Below are positions 1 to 9,318 of a DNA stretch of 52,293 nt, one piece after another. This stretch comes from a virus (lineage: Duplodnaviria; Heunggongvirae; Uroviricota; Caudoviricetes; Ackermannviridae): positions 104,721 to 157,013 of IMG/VR virus record IMGVR_UViG_2974499353_000001; one strand, 5' to 3'. Every line of letters begins with the position of its first letter. Position 1 is the first letter of the stretch. The notes below the pieces were generated by a model. The model saw only the letters and a list, made by a program, of their open reading frames with translations, did not search any database and was not told the origin of the DNA. Position numbers and translations under genes: made by a program.

Positions 1-228
1 GAAACGACGATCCCCTGGGAACGGAAGTTCACGACCACCCCAGGGCACCAGAATTTCGCCCAGCTGACCTGTTGGGGTGTTGGTGGTTACAGCCAGCAAG
101 GACACGTCACGAATTGTGTCGGAACCAGCAACAAAAGAAGGAAAGTTTACAGTCACACGCCAGCGGTGTTGGCGTTGTACGCCGCCCCCTCGTGACATGG
201 CTGCGCGAAACTCATTGACTGTCGCCAT
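1..228 (-). CDS. gp19: Tail tube protein, 5' part only (runs off window)
   Basis: Hand translation from ATG 228 (SD GGAG): MATVNEFRAAMSRGGGVQRQHRWRV...WGGRELPFPGDRRF, matching the T4 gp19 N-terminal pattern (..GDRTF); lies downstream of the sheath gene. Confidence 0.9.
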   Translation of the reverse strand, partial: MATVNEFRAAMSRGGGVQRQHRWRVTVNFPSFVAGSDTIRDVSLLAVTTNTPTGQLGEILVPWGGRELPFPGDRRF

Positions 229-258
229 TTTTATATCTCCAAATAAGAGTACACAATT

Positions 259-717
259 CTAATTAGTCGTCAATCTTTTAATCTTCATAGAAGAAAGATC
301 GAAACCATGATGAACATTACTTGAAACAGGTTCGATTTCACACAATTCCCAACGGGGATCTATGAGAGAAACAAGACCAATGTGTTCACCTGTGGATGTC
401 AATTTTGCTGCAGTTTTACCCAGCATATGACTTCCATCATTACCGCCTTTATTCATGTTGTAACCCATCTCATAAGAATTATATTGAGCGATGAGTTGCT
501 TCTCTAATTCCCATTTATGGACTTCATCGGTCTGAGCAATTACAACGAAAGTAAATCCAGATGTTCCATACTTACGCATGGCGTCATACAATTCACTTTG
601 GACTCCATGATGAAAGGCATTCGCAAAATGCTGATCATATCTTCGTTGTGGGTCATTGGTCACACCGATGTAGACCTTTCCATTACAAACCATTTCAATT
701 TTGTATGCGTATATCAT
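259..717 (-). CDS. GIY-YIG endonuclease, short (152 aa from ATG 717)
   Basis: YAYKI..GKVYIG.T..P.RR..QH, catalytic-type Glu (WELEK), GYN motif; ATGA overlap with upstream stop. Confidence 0.85.
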   Translation of the reverse strand: MIYAYKIEMVCNGKVYIGVTNDPQRRYDQHFANAFHHGVQSELYDAMRKYGTSGFTFVVIAQTDEVHKWELEKQLIAQYNSYEMGYNMNKGGNDGSHMLGKTAAKLTSTGEHIGLVSLIDPRWELCEIEPVSSNVHHGFDLSSMKIKRLTTN

Positions 718-1451
718 ATTCTTTCGAGTCTCCACCCAACAGTGTTCAAACGTTCTTGTGAAGCATTCTTCTGATGAAATATAGAAGGTGGCGGTACTGG
801 AATTCCCTTTTCAATATAATCATAAAGAGCTGAATATTTCAACCCAAGGCTTTCCACGTATTCTTTGCAGTTGCCGTGTATCTCATGTTCTTCGCCGGAT
901 GGAGAAATCAATTTGAATCTTTTGGCGTGACCGTTTTTCTTACCCTTCCTAATTCCAGTTTCAATACATTTTCTACTAAACGAGATTTTATCTTCTTCCT
1001 TCCATATGACACCGACACGGCAACTAATAATTTCACCAGTACTCCAACGAGGGTCTGAGCAATCAACTAAACCGATATGTTCACCAGTAGAAGTCAAAAC
1101 TGCTCCATGTTTGTTGGTAAACGTAGCTCCATCCCCGCCCAACGTCTTGTTATAACCCTTTTGAGTCGACATATGGGTTCCATGTTGCTCTATCAAGATA
1201 GCCTCTAATTCTTTGAGGTCTTCTATGGTGTTGGTCTGAGCGATTACTTGCACGGAGAAAGACTCTTCCCCATGTTTACGAATAGCCTGGTGGATAAAGT
1301 AATCAGAGCCGTTCCGAGCACTGTTACAATGTTCCCACCACCTGTCTATCGGGTCGCGTGTGGTGATCCCGATATAGGCTTTCTGGTTGGCGAGATTTGT
1401 GATTTTGTAGACACTTCCGATCATTTCGATGTTCTCTATCATAAAGATCAT
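714..1451 (-). CDS. Free-standing GIY-YIG (Seg-like) homing endonuclease
   Basis: VYKITN..N.KAYIG.T, RW.EH, LEAILI, GYN; C-terminal NUMOD/HTH-like region; start 1451 chosen from SD GGAGG. Confidence 0.85.
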   Translation of the reverse strand: MIFMIENIEMIGSVYKITNLANQKAYIGITTRDPIDRWWEHCNSARNGSDYFIHQAIRKHGEESFSVQVIAQTNTIEDLKELEAILIEQHGTHMSTQKGYNKTLGGDGATFTNKHGAVLTSTGEHIGLVDCSDPRWSTGEIISCRVGVIWKEEDKISFSRKCIETGIRKGKKNGHAKRFKLISPSGEEHEIHGNCKEYVESLGLKYSALYDYIEKGIPVPPPSIFHQKNASQERLNTVGWRLERI

Positions 1452-1455
1452 TGAA

Positions 1456-1492
1456 ATGCCCTCCGAAGAGGGCATGTGTCTTATATTTATTA
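1456..1492 (-). promoter_or_regulatory. Late-promoter-like TAATAAATA plus UUCG hairpin covering the SD of the endonuclease
   Basis: Minus strand TAATAAATA..ATGCCCTC-TTCG-GAGGGCAT-TTCA-ATG. Confidence 0.55.
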
Positions 1493-3385
1493 GGACGCCG
1501 CGACGATGCCGCCACCAGATTCGATTTCCGAGAATTCCATGTCCGGACGAACGGCAGCAAAGTCAAGATACACCCAATTAATGCTGTACTCAGGCTTCAA
1601 CCAAATGCCTGCAACCATGGTGTTGGCTGCGATGACGTCAGCAGTGTTGTTGTCTTCATCACATTTGACTTTACCATCGTAAATCGCACCCATATTTGCC
1701 AGTTGGCGAATATAAGGACGAACAGCGTTGCTGAACAGACTGCGAGTGAACGCATCATTGTTCTCACCAAGGTAATATTTGGCGATTGCAGCGATGTTCT
1801 GTTCTGCCATAATGAACAAGCCACGAACATTGATACGATCGAAAGCAGACGGACGAGTCAGGCCAGTTTTGTCACCATACAACACGATACCTTCATTGGA
1901 GAAGGTCACGATGCTGTTAATCTGGTTGCGGTACAACACGGCACGTTCATCGGAAGACGCAGACCACGCCATTCGATTGTAGTTGTTGTATTTGCCACGG
2001 TTGTGGAACGCAGGAGATTTGTAGATACCCGCGATTTCAATGCTTCGCGCCCAAACACCTGCGGTGCCACCACAAGCCGGAATCCAACGCATTTTGTCGT
2101 TGTACTTGTCGTACACATATGCCCAGTTATCATCCATGAAGAAATAAGAAGAGTCGCGAACAAGGCTTTCACGCCAAGCAACGACATCATCCATTTCACG
2201 ACCACGGTTGCCAACAACCGTATCACGGAGCGGGGATACGAAAGATACCGTATCTTTTCGCTCAGTAGATAAGTCGATCAATGCTTGTTGCTCAATCAGT
2301 TCTTCACAGTACGCAAATACTGGCTTCGCATCATATGCTTCAGCATTGTTCAAGACTTGGATAGCTGCCACGCGGTTGATGTTATAATCGTCTACGCCGC
2401 CTTCTAATTCAACAACACCTGCGGCCAGAGCGGTAGCGAAGGTGTACACCCAATTTGATGTATCATTGATGACATCTTTGAAGTACGCATTCGCGCCATC
2501 GGACTTTTTGGAACCCTGTGTGTTCTGCATGAGTTCGTATTTTTCGATAATAGAACCAGATGCGCCAACAGTGGTAATCACGGCGGTTGCAGTCAGCCCC
2601 TTATCATCTGGAACAATAGCAGTAACTGTCTGGGGACCAATAGCTTTATGGGTCACGATGACAGTGTTGGACTTCACGACAACAGAAGAATAAACACTTG
2701 TCAGGGAAGTTAGTGCTGTACCGATTTTGGTTGCCAAATCGGCTGGAGTATCAGTATCCAGATATGCGATATCTTCACCTGCCACACTGATGGTGCCAGC
2801 AGCAGTAGCCGTACCAGAAACGGAGATACGGTCAACCTGACCGACCGCGCCAGCAGAGTCGGTAATGCGACCAACTTTGTCTACGACAACTACATGGAAT
2901 TCACCAGACTGAGGTGCGTATGCAAAGTTATTACGGAATTCCCAAGTTGAGAATCCAGCAGCATCACAAACATTGATAGCAATATCATTACCCAGGGAAC
3001 CTGGATAACGACCAGTCCAAGTGATGGACGCCGAAGGACTTGCTGTTTCAAAATCCAGTTTGTTTTTGATCGCAATCGCTGTCTGACCTTTGGTAACAGA
3101 GTTCTTGGCCAGAGGACCAACAACACGGGTCACCCATGCCATAGAGCTGTAAGACAAAAAGTCCGCGATTACGAGAAAATCGGTCGCAGTACTGTCGTTG
3201 GGTTTGAAGAATTTCTTCACCAAACCTGTCTCACCACCAGTCACCAGCACTGGAAGTTCAACTTCACCCCATTGAAATTTGCCGACGGTCGCGCCCTGAA
3301 CAACAACGGACGGGGACGTCTGAAGCGTGGCATCACGCTCAGTCCACTGAACGGACGGCGCAACGCTGAAGCTTTGAGTTGCCAT
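1490..3385 (-). CDS. gp18: Tail sheath protein
   Basis: SVAPSVQWTERD, YPGSLGN, SPAFHNRG, FDRINVRGLF sheath motifs; start MATQSF with SD AAGGA. Confidence 0.95.
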   Translation of the reverse strand: MATQSFSVAPSVQWTERDATLQTSPSVVVQGATVGKFQWGEVELPVLVTGGETGLVKKFFKPNDSTATDFLVIADFLSYSSMAWVTRVVGPLAKNSVTKGQTAIAIKNKLDFETASPSASITWTGRYPGSLGNDIAINVCDAAGFSTWEFRNNFAYAPQSGEFHVVVVDKVGRITDSAGAVGQVDRISVSGTATAAGTISVAGEDIAYLDTDTPADLATKIGTALTSLTSVYSSVVVKSNTVIVTHKAIGPQTVTAIVPDDKGLTATAVITTVGASGSIIEKYELMQNTQGSKKSDGANAYFKDVINDTSNWVYTFATALAAGVVELEGGVDDYNINRVAAIQVLNNAEAYDAKPVFAYCEELIEQQALIDLSTERKDTVSFVSPLRDTVVGNRGREMDDVVAWRESLVRDSSYFFMDDNWAYVYDKYNDKMRWIPACGGTAGVWARSIEIAGIYKSPAFHNRGKYNNYNRMAWSASSDERAVLYRNQINSIVTFSNEGIVLYGDKTGLTRPSAFDRINVRGLFIMAEQNIAAIAKYYLGENNDAFTRSLFSNAVRPYIRQLANMGAIYDGKVKCDEDNNTADVIAANTMVAGIWLKPEYSINWVYLDFAAVRPDMEFSEIESGGGIVAAS

Positions 3386-3427
3386 AATATCATTCCTTCT
3401 CGGTAGAGTTTCGCTCAATTTGAAAGA

Positions 3428-3434
3428 TATTTAG
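3428..3434 (-). promoter_or_regulatory. Late promoter CTAAATA (gp18)
   Basis: Motif recurs upstream of most virion genes in this window. Confidence 0.7.
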
Positions 3435-3437
3435 TGA

Positions 3438-5648
3438 TCAATTCTTAAACCACTCATCCATGGTCATCCCTGACATTTCGTTGAAAACTTGAATACCCCC
3501 GAAACCAGGCAAATGCTCAGTTTCGGATGGGGTGTCTCCAACGACTAAACCGCCAAATGGGAATACCTGCTGGGATTCAGTTGAAGACATTCGGTTTCTC
3601 ATGTCCTGAGAAATACTTGTAGATGTCAAGTCACTGAACCATTCTTGTTTTACCGCCCATGAATATAAGACCAACGGCATGACACAGTCATCGTGACAAC
3701 CGTCATCGGCTTCATACCGAGCGCCTTTGAACACAAATGTACTGAGTTCATCTATCGTGTCCTGGTCTTCTATCACCAACATTTCTTTCTCAATGAGCGC
3801 TTTCAGGTTAGCACAACCGATAGATCGGACTTTTCTGTTGGTATTGATACCAGGTTCCGGTTTACGTCCACCAATCCGTTTCCCCGTCCCTTTGTTATCT
3901 GTTGATGTGAATATGATTTCTGGATATTCTATCTCTTGATAAAGAATTGTAATAACCTGACCGCCGACGTCGTTGTTTGTTTCAACAAGGACAGGGCATT
4001 CCCCGTATTCGGTGCACATATCAGCTATCGTGTATGCATACATCATAGGAGGTATCGTGTTATTCCTGTACTTGGCTGCTATAACATGCGGATATTCAGT
4101 TATATCCAGAATTGTTAAGACGGAATAATCTCCTTCCACCCCCTTCCCAGTGTCCGCAATCCCAAAGTAGAGACGTTGTGGGTCGTATTCCTTATAAATC
4201 TTGGTGAATTCATTAGGTTCCCGATACAACTTGGACGTCATTTTATCTAAGCATTTGGCCGGAATCAATGAACCCACGGAACCACGGAACTTAATGCCAA
4301 ATTCTTGATCGAAACGAGCATCCCCCAGACGGGCACGTTGTTTGGTTTCCCAATCTGGATCTTTGGTATATGCCGGAACCTTATACCATGGGACTTCAGT
4401 TAGGTGGAAGTCGTTGTATTGTGGATGGCGCGGATCTGCTTTGGTGACAATATCATAGAACAACCCTCGCTGGCCTTTCGGAGTACTTGTCAAAATACAG
4501 CGTGATGTATCGGCAGATGCAATGGCTGGGAAAGTTGATTCCCAAAATTCAAAGTCGTTTTCGATAAACGCGACTTCGTCAACGTACAAGAGCGATACAG
4601 AACGACCACGGATGGAGTCCGAAGACGTGGCATAAGCGTATATCTTAGAACCATTCTCAAACTCTATCAGGGTAGAACCAAACTTCTCACAACCCTGCTG
4701 AAGGAAGAATGGAAGGTCTTGGTATGCTTTTCTGATACGGTCAAGAATTTCTATCGCTTGTTTCTCTTTGTTTGCCAGTACTGCGATTTCCTTATCAGAA
4801 TGGAACATCGCATACCAAAGAAGAAACGCCGCCACCACGGTCGTGTTATGACTGAGAAAGCCATTCGTGTAATAACGTTGATCACTAGATTTGACCTGCA
4901 GATCGTACATATGGTGATATTCACCAGTCTGCCAAATCTCACGGATTTCTTCTGGACCTTCGGTCGTCATGATGTATGACCCAGCATTCAGGTCTTTGGC
5001 AAATATCTCCTTCATGTCCGGAGTGAAGAACATATGTTCATCAGCCACGTTAATTCGCCTTCCGGTAACGGTGACAATAACGAATTCCGCATATTTCTTC
5101 GTCTTATGCGCTGCGATAACCGGAACCCAGCCACTATCGGATTGTACAAAGTAACGTTTGCCGAAGCGGCTGTCCACGAACTTGTCATGGTTGCCAATGG
5201 TATTCAGCGGCACAGCGTGGTTGACGTCCTCGAAGCGGCTGTGAAGCTCCCCTATAGTCAGGAGCAACTCCTCTTGGCTGAGAGTATCGTAAACTGTGAC
5301 AAGCGTGTCGCCTTTTACACATTTTCCGGACTGACGAGCCTGGACGACCGCATTAAATCGATAGTCCTGAAAGTCGTGGAACAACTGCTTCTGATAATCA
5401 TGCATATCGAAAAGGATAAAGCCCTTATCGATCGTGGTTATCTTGTAATAGTTGGCGGCGAAGTAGTGTGCATCCATAGAACATTCAACGAATTCGTCTT
5501 CTTGTTCATCTGTCAGCATTAACTCGACTCGAGGAGCACGCACAGAAGGTTTGCGCATGAACGTTTGGTCCATACGCAATTTTACATCGTCTATTTTGAA
5601 CCCCGTTTTAATTGGGGCATATTCTATATCACGCTTCTGATACGCCAT
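3438..5648 (-). CDS. gp17: Terminase large subunit, intein-containing
   Basis: YQ adenine motif, Walker A ARQSGK|T, Walker B LLYVDE, C-motif TSTP, nuclease ADTGKG and HDD.VM. Confidence 0.95.
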   Translation of the reverse strand: MAYQKRDIEYAPIKTGFKIDDVKLRMDQTFMRKPSVRAPRVELMLTDEQEDEFVECSMDAHYFAANYYKITTIDKGFILFDMHDYQKQLFHDFQDYRFNAVVQARQSGKCVKGDTLVTVYDTLSQEELLLTIGELHSRFEDVNHAVPLNTIGNHDKFVDSRFGKRYFVQSDSGWVPVIAAHKTKKYAEFVIVTVTGRRINVADEHMFFTPDMKEIFAKDLNAGSYIMTTEGPEEIREIWQTGEYHHMYDLQVKSSDQRYYTNGFLSHNTTVVAAFLLWYAMFHSDKEIAVLANKEKQAIEILDRIRKAYQDLPFFLQQGCEKFGSTLIEFENGSKIYAYATSSDSIRGRSVSLLYVDEVAFIENDFEFWESTFPAIASADTSRCILTSTPKGQRGLFYDIVTKADPRHPQYNDFHLTEVPWYKVPAYTKDPDWETKQRARLGDARFDQEFGIKFRGSVGSLIPAKCLDKMTSKLYREPNEFTKIYKEYDPQRLYFGIADTGKGVEGDYSVLTILDITEYPHVIAAKYRNNTIPPMMYAYTIADMCTEYGECPVLVETNNDVGGQVITILYQEIEYPEIIFTSTDNKGTGKRIGGRKPEPGINTNRKVRSIGCANLKALIEKEMLVIEDQDTIDELSTFVFKGARYEADDGCHDDCVMPLVLYSWAVKQEWFSDLTSTSISQDMRNRMSSTESQQVFPFGGLVVGDTPSETEHLPGFGGIQVFNEMSGMTMDEWFKN
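4845..5321 (-). mobile_element. Mini-intein (159 aa, residues 110-268) in terminase Walker A
   Basis: Begins CVKGDT, block B VADEH, block F MYDLQV, ends SHN followed by Thr+1; excision restores GKT; no endonuclease domain. Confidence 0.9.
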
Positions 5649-6309
5649 CGTCTTCTTCCTTCACATCAACTGTTTCACCATCAATGATTTCATCTTCTGG
5701 TTGTTGTGCGGCCTTTGCTTGTGCTCTTTCTTCAGCGCGGCGGCGTGCATCTTCGATCGTCTTCAATAAATCGCGAGAAGATCGCGCCTTTTTCCCAACC
5801 GATACTGTTGTTGTTCCGTCTGGTGAAGTTGTAACATCCACTGTCGTGTCATCAACAGGTGGTTCTTTATCACCTGTTACTGCCTTGATGGTTTTCTGGT
5901 TTTCCATCAAGTCTTTATTCAGACCGCGCATGAGTTCACCCAATTCACGGAAAACAGAAAATGCTCGCGGAGCTTCTGTGGATGCAGCCAATTTAGCGGC
6001 TTGTCCCATCATGAACATTGTGGCTTCTTGCATGGCATATGTTGTGTCGCGTATCCGTTTGTAATCCGTTGTAGCATCAGTGTCCGCAAACTCAGGCACT
6101 TTGGATTCCTTGGAAGCAATATCCTCCAATGAAGGCGGTTCAGGAATCGGCTGATACCCTTCCGGACGTTCACCAAACCATTCACCTGTATTTTCATCGA
6201 AGTCAATACCTGGACGAGGGGCGACAGCCTCCATCGCCTCCTTCCCAACTTCGTCTCGGGCGGTCACCGCATCAAGCGTAGCGAGTAACCTTTCTGACAT
6301 ATTGCTCAT
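5629..6309 (-). CDS. gp16: Terminase small subunit
   Basis: Position before gp17; DYKRIR, PRAFSVF..LM T4 gp16-like motifs; SD GGAGG before ATG 6309. Confidence 0.8.
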   Translation of the reverse strand: MSNMSERLLATLDAVTARDEVGKEAMEAVAPRPGIDFDENTGEWFGERPEGYQPIPEPPSLEDIASKESKVPEFADTDATTDYKRIRDTTYAMQEATMFMMGQAAKLAASTEAPRAFSVFRELGELMRGLNKDLMENQKTIKAVTGDKEPPVDDTTVDVTTSPDGTTTVSVGKKARSSRDLLKTIEDARRRAEERAQAKAAQQPEDEIIDGETVDVKEEDDGVSEA

Positions 6310-6311
6310 GA

Positions 6312-7010
6312 TCAATCCTCCGGATGATGTATGCCGTCTTTATCAACTCGGAACCACTCAGGAAGTTCCGACCATGGCATGTTCAAATCATTAGACATTT
6401 CAATAATTATCTCTTTGATGACGTTTGGATCCCCACCGCCCGAACCATCATCAACCCAATAATCTTCTCCATAGATGTGACCATGTAATTGAAAATTGAA
6501 TGAACAATCTATGTGTGGTGATTCTGTTGCGTCCCCTTCCCAGTTGTCAGAAATCGTGTGATTTACCAACATTATCTTCACGTTCTGATCTTGAGATAAA
6601 GTATCGTTGTCCTTTATCTGACAGTCAACAGAAGGAGTGAACACAGAATAAATTTGTTCTAATACTTGCAACATTTCGACCAATTTTTTAGTTCTGATAT
6701 TGTATTCAAAATCTATAATGATCGGAATGCGTTGTTTGGACCGTGCCGTAGCGGTCGATATTTGGTTGTGGTATGACTTCGTCACCTGTTTATTGATTTC
6801 GAACTGACCAAAGGACATTGTTGCAAATGGTAGCATATTGGCTGGCACGTTCCTGTTGAGGTCATTACGGCGGCCAATGGCCATATGCAGCGGGATTTCC
6901 ATCAAGCCACGTTCGGTTTTGACTTTTAAATCCGACATGATAGCGTTGAACACATGTATGTATTTCAACAATGATTCATGATAGAAATATTTTTCAAATG
7001 GTCTGGCCAT
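6312..7010 (-). CDS. gp15: Tail sheath stabilizer/completion protein
   Basis: YFYHESLLKY..VF, LP, QI...F.P motifs; synteny 13-14-15-16-17. Confidence 0.85.
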   Translation of the reverse strand: MARPFEKYFYHESLLKYIHVFNAIMSDLKVKTERGLMEIPLHMAIGRRNDLNRNVPANMLPFATMSFGQFEINKQVTKSYHNQISTATARSKQRIPIIIDFEYNIRTKKLVEMLQVLEQIYSVFTPSVDCQIKDNDTLSQDQNVKIMLVNHTISDNWEGDATESPHIDCSFNFQLHGHIYGEDYWVDDGSGGGDPNVIKEIIIEMSNDLNMPWSELPEWFRVDKDGIHHPED

Positions 7011-7012
7011 GA

Positions 7013-7654
7013 TTATTCCCCGAAGTCTATCTTCATTTTATTGGGCGAAAGATCTTTCTCTATTTCGTCCGCAAATTGGTTATCTGTCTGTAGACTGGCA
7101 TCTTTATAGACACCATCGCCGTCTAGATCTTGTAAACGTTTATCGATGTCGTCAATTTCAGATACACCAGTATCGAAATCTTCATTACCATATTGGAACA
7201 ACGTGCACGGTAAGGAATATGTGTACCATTTACCGAATTGCATAAATTCTTCGTCGTTATTCGGGTTATTCACTTTGAATATCTTGTTCGCCATTGGGAG
7301 GTATATCAAATCACCTTCTTGAGGCATCTGCTCAAGTCCTGGCCCATTACCAATCACTTCCGAAAAACGGCGACGAGCAATAGTGAACGTCACTTCATCT
7401 TGTAATTGAATACCGCCAAACTTTTCCCACATCTGTGTGTTGAAGCCTTGATAATCCTGCATGTACACTTCGATGTCAAACGCTTGGTCGAATTTGTGTT
7501 CGGCCTCGTTTAAAATTGGGTATTTTTCAACAATAGAACGTGGAATATACTTGACGTCAATCCCACGCAATTGTATCATCTCGACCACCAAGTCATCAAT
7601 TAATTTTTGAGTCCCTTGGTGTGCAGTGTAATTGAAATATTTCGAAGTTGCCAT
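7013..7654 (-). CDS. gp14: Neck protein
   Basis: E.IQLRG.DV.YIPR, KFD.A..IE.Y, EGDLIY.PM motifs. Confidence 0.9.
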   Translation of the reverse strand: MATSKYFNYTAHQGTQKLIDDLVVEMIQLRGIDVKYIPRSIVEKYPILNEAEHKFDQAFDIEVYMQDYQGFNTQMWEKFGGIQLQDEVTFTIARRRFSEVIGNGPGLEQMPQEGDLIYLPMANKIFKVNNPNNDEEFMQFGKWYTYSLPCTLFQYGNEDFDTGVSEIDDIDKRLQDLDGDGVYKDASLQTDNQFADEIEKDLSPNKMKIDFGE

Positions 7655-7659
7655 GACTT

Positions 7660-7684
7660 TACCCTCAATTTTGAAGGTATTTAG
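7660..7684 (-). promoter_or_regulatory. Late promoter with anti-SD hairpin (gp14)
   Basis: CTAAATACCTTCA-AAAT-TGAGGGTA; TACCTTCA pairs with TGAGGGTA, which contains the SD. Confidence 0.65.
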
Positions 7685-7713
7685 TCAACCATTAATCTAT
7701 TGAGGAATTAACA

Positions 7714-7926
7714 ATGCAAATTGAAGATATCAAGGAAACTCGTGACGGAAGGCGTGTGAGAATTATCTGTGTAGACGCTAAAATCGCCGATGATTCATAT
7801 AACATTGTGGGTCTTATCAAAGGCGAAAAGGGAAATGATTTTATTGAATGGTGGGACGAAAAGAACGTGGTTGATGGTTATATTCTAGCAAATTCAGATC
7901 CTTCCGGACGCGACATCAAGTTATAA
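7714..7926 (+). CDS. Hypothetical protein (70 aa), opposite strand to the late operon
   Basis: SD GAGGA, own terminator, fills the gp14-gp13 gap. Confidence 0.7.
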   Translation: MQIEDIKETRDGRRVRIICVDAKIADDSYNIVGLIKGEKGNDFIEWWDEKNVVDGYILANSDPSGRDIKL

Positions 7927-7930
7927 AAGA

Positions 7931-7950
7931 AAGGCGGGTTATCCCGCCTT
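7931..7950. terminator. Bidirectional intrinsic terminator
   Basis: AAGGCGGG-TTAT-CCCGCCTT between convergent genes. Confidence 0.75.
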
Positions 7951-7953
7951 CTC

Positions 7954-8706
7954 TTATCCCATCATGAAATCAATGGGGTATTGCTGACCAGTACGCAATT
8001 CTTCCTCCAACCGCTCTATCTCGGTCTCGGCCTCACTGAACATACTATCACCATCCAGTTCGATACCACCAGGGAGACGGATGCCTCTTGCCTTCTTAAG
8101 CACCTCTGCCCAACGGCGCTTGACCAATGCAGTCGCATACGCTTTCAACCACATATCATTCCATGCTTCAGCGTTTTCTTCCGATTCGGGGTCGATATTT
8201 TGATAACAACGAAAAGCCAGAGTTTCATCAACAATGGCAGCAAACTGCGGGTAAAGGCGTCGCTGGAACTTCTTGTACACAAAATTACGGCGAACATTTA
8301 AGACGCTTGTGATATCCGACAGGCGTTGTTGCATGGAAACATAATCAATGAGACGAATAGAAACCAGCGCTGCTTTGGGGACAAGCATTGCTTGAGCCAT
8401 TTGCCATTGAGGAGTTGCCCAGTTTCCGATTGACTCAATAGGAGGTCCAGGGATAACTTCAATCACATCGTCAATATCATCGGGAAATTCTATATATCCC
8501 TTGTCGATATCTTCTTGTTTAACTTGGTACAGGAAGAACGCATCTTGGCTACCATCACGATGATATTCCCAAAATTTCTGCAGAGCATCATCGACTGCAT
8601 CTTCGACTTGTGAACTGTCAAGGTTAATTTGGATCACAGGAGCACCCAATTTACGCAAGACATAATTCATAAAAGATTTTTTGTCTCGAATCTTATTGAC
8701 GGCCAT
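7954..8706 (-). CDS. gp13: Neck protein
   Basis: LRKLGAPVIQINLD..QVED, YATALVK..W...L.K..G..LPGG..L.G; start MAVNK. Confidence 0.9.
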   Translation of the reverse strand: MAVNKIRDKKSFMNYVLRKLGAPVIQINLDSSQVEDAVDDALQKFWEYHRDGSQDAFFLYQVKQEDIDKGYIEFPDDIDDVIEVIPGPPIESIGNWATPQWQMAQAMLVPKAALVSIRLIDYVSMQQRLSDITSVLNVRRNFVYKKFQRRLYPQFAAIVDETLAFRCYQNIDPESEENAEAWNDMWLKAYATALVKRRWAEVLKKARGIRLPGGIELDGDSMFSEAETEIERLEEELRTGQQYPIDFMMG

Positions 8707-9034
8707 TGTTATTCCCCTTTTGCTGCAAATCAGATACAGTAATCCGCAGTGTGCGAACATCATCTGAAAGACTGCTGCTATTGAGTTTTAACTCAGCCAT
8801 GTTTTGTTTGACATATGCGAGGTCAGTATTCATGATCGCCATACGTTCACTCATGTCATTCACTTTCTGAAGAACTTGATCCATCTTGTTGGAATCTCGT
8901 TCCAATACATTCACGCGCGTTTCCATCCCGCCCATGAACCAAAGGAATGATGCCGCAGAGACCAATGCAGAAGCCACGACAGCGGTTAAGATACCACGGA
9001 TGTCAAGCCCCGTTCTTTCAGCTTGCGTCGCCAT
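8693..9034 (-). CDS. Membrane-anchored coiled-coil protein (113 aa)
   Basis: Hydrophobic segment GILTAVVASALVSAASFLWF followed by heptad-rich region. Confidence 0.7.
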   Translation of the reverse strand: MATQAERTGLDIRGILTAVVASALVSAASFLWFMGGMETRVNVLERDSNKMDQVLQKVNDMSERMAIMNTDLAYVKQNMAELKLNSSSLSDDVRTLRITVSDLQQKGNNNGRQ

Positions 9035-9266
9035 TCTGACCTCCTTCGGGGATTTCGATCCCCAACTTTTCGGCCATCATTTTGATTGTCGCCTCCAGAT
9101 TAGATATCTGGTTTGATTGTTCAACAATGGTGGCTTCACGAGTTTCATTGCGTTGACGGGCTTGCAATGCAGCCATGCCAGCGGCGTGATCGGTGCAAAT
9201 AATCGCGCCAGGGCAAGAACTGCTTCTCAACATGGATGCGTGCCCCTGTACTTTCACTCCACGCAT
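9018..9266 (-). CDS. Hypothetical late protein (82 aa)
   Basis: SD GAGGA before ATG 9266; packed between vrlC and next gene. Confidence 0.65.
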   Translation of the reverse strand: MRGVKVQGHASMLRSSSCPGAIICTDHAAGMAALQARQRNETREATIVEQSNQISNLEATIKMMAEKLGIEIPEGGQNGDAS

Positions 9267-9318
9267 ATCTTTATCCTCTATTGGTTTGGTGGGCTTTACG
9301 CCCACCTTTCAACATTAT

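Noticed and set aside
259-1451. Intron-encoded endonucleases
   Set aside because: They lie between the gp18 stop and an intact gp19 start with SD, so they are free-standing
1451-2272. 273-aa plus-strand ORF, and the many similar antisense ORFs over virion and replication genes
   Set aside because: Shadows of strongly supported opposite-strand genes; no SD or recognisable motifs
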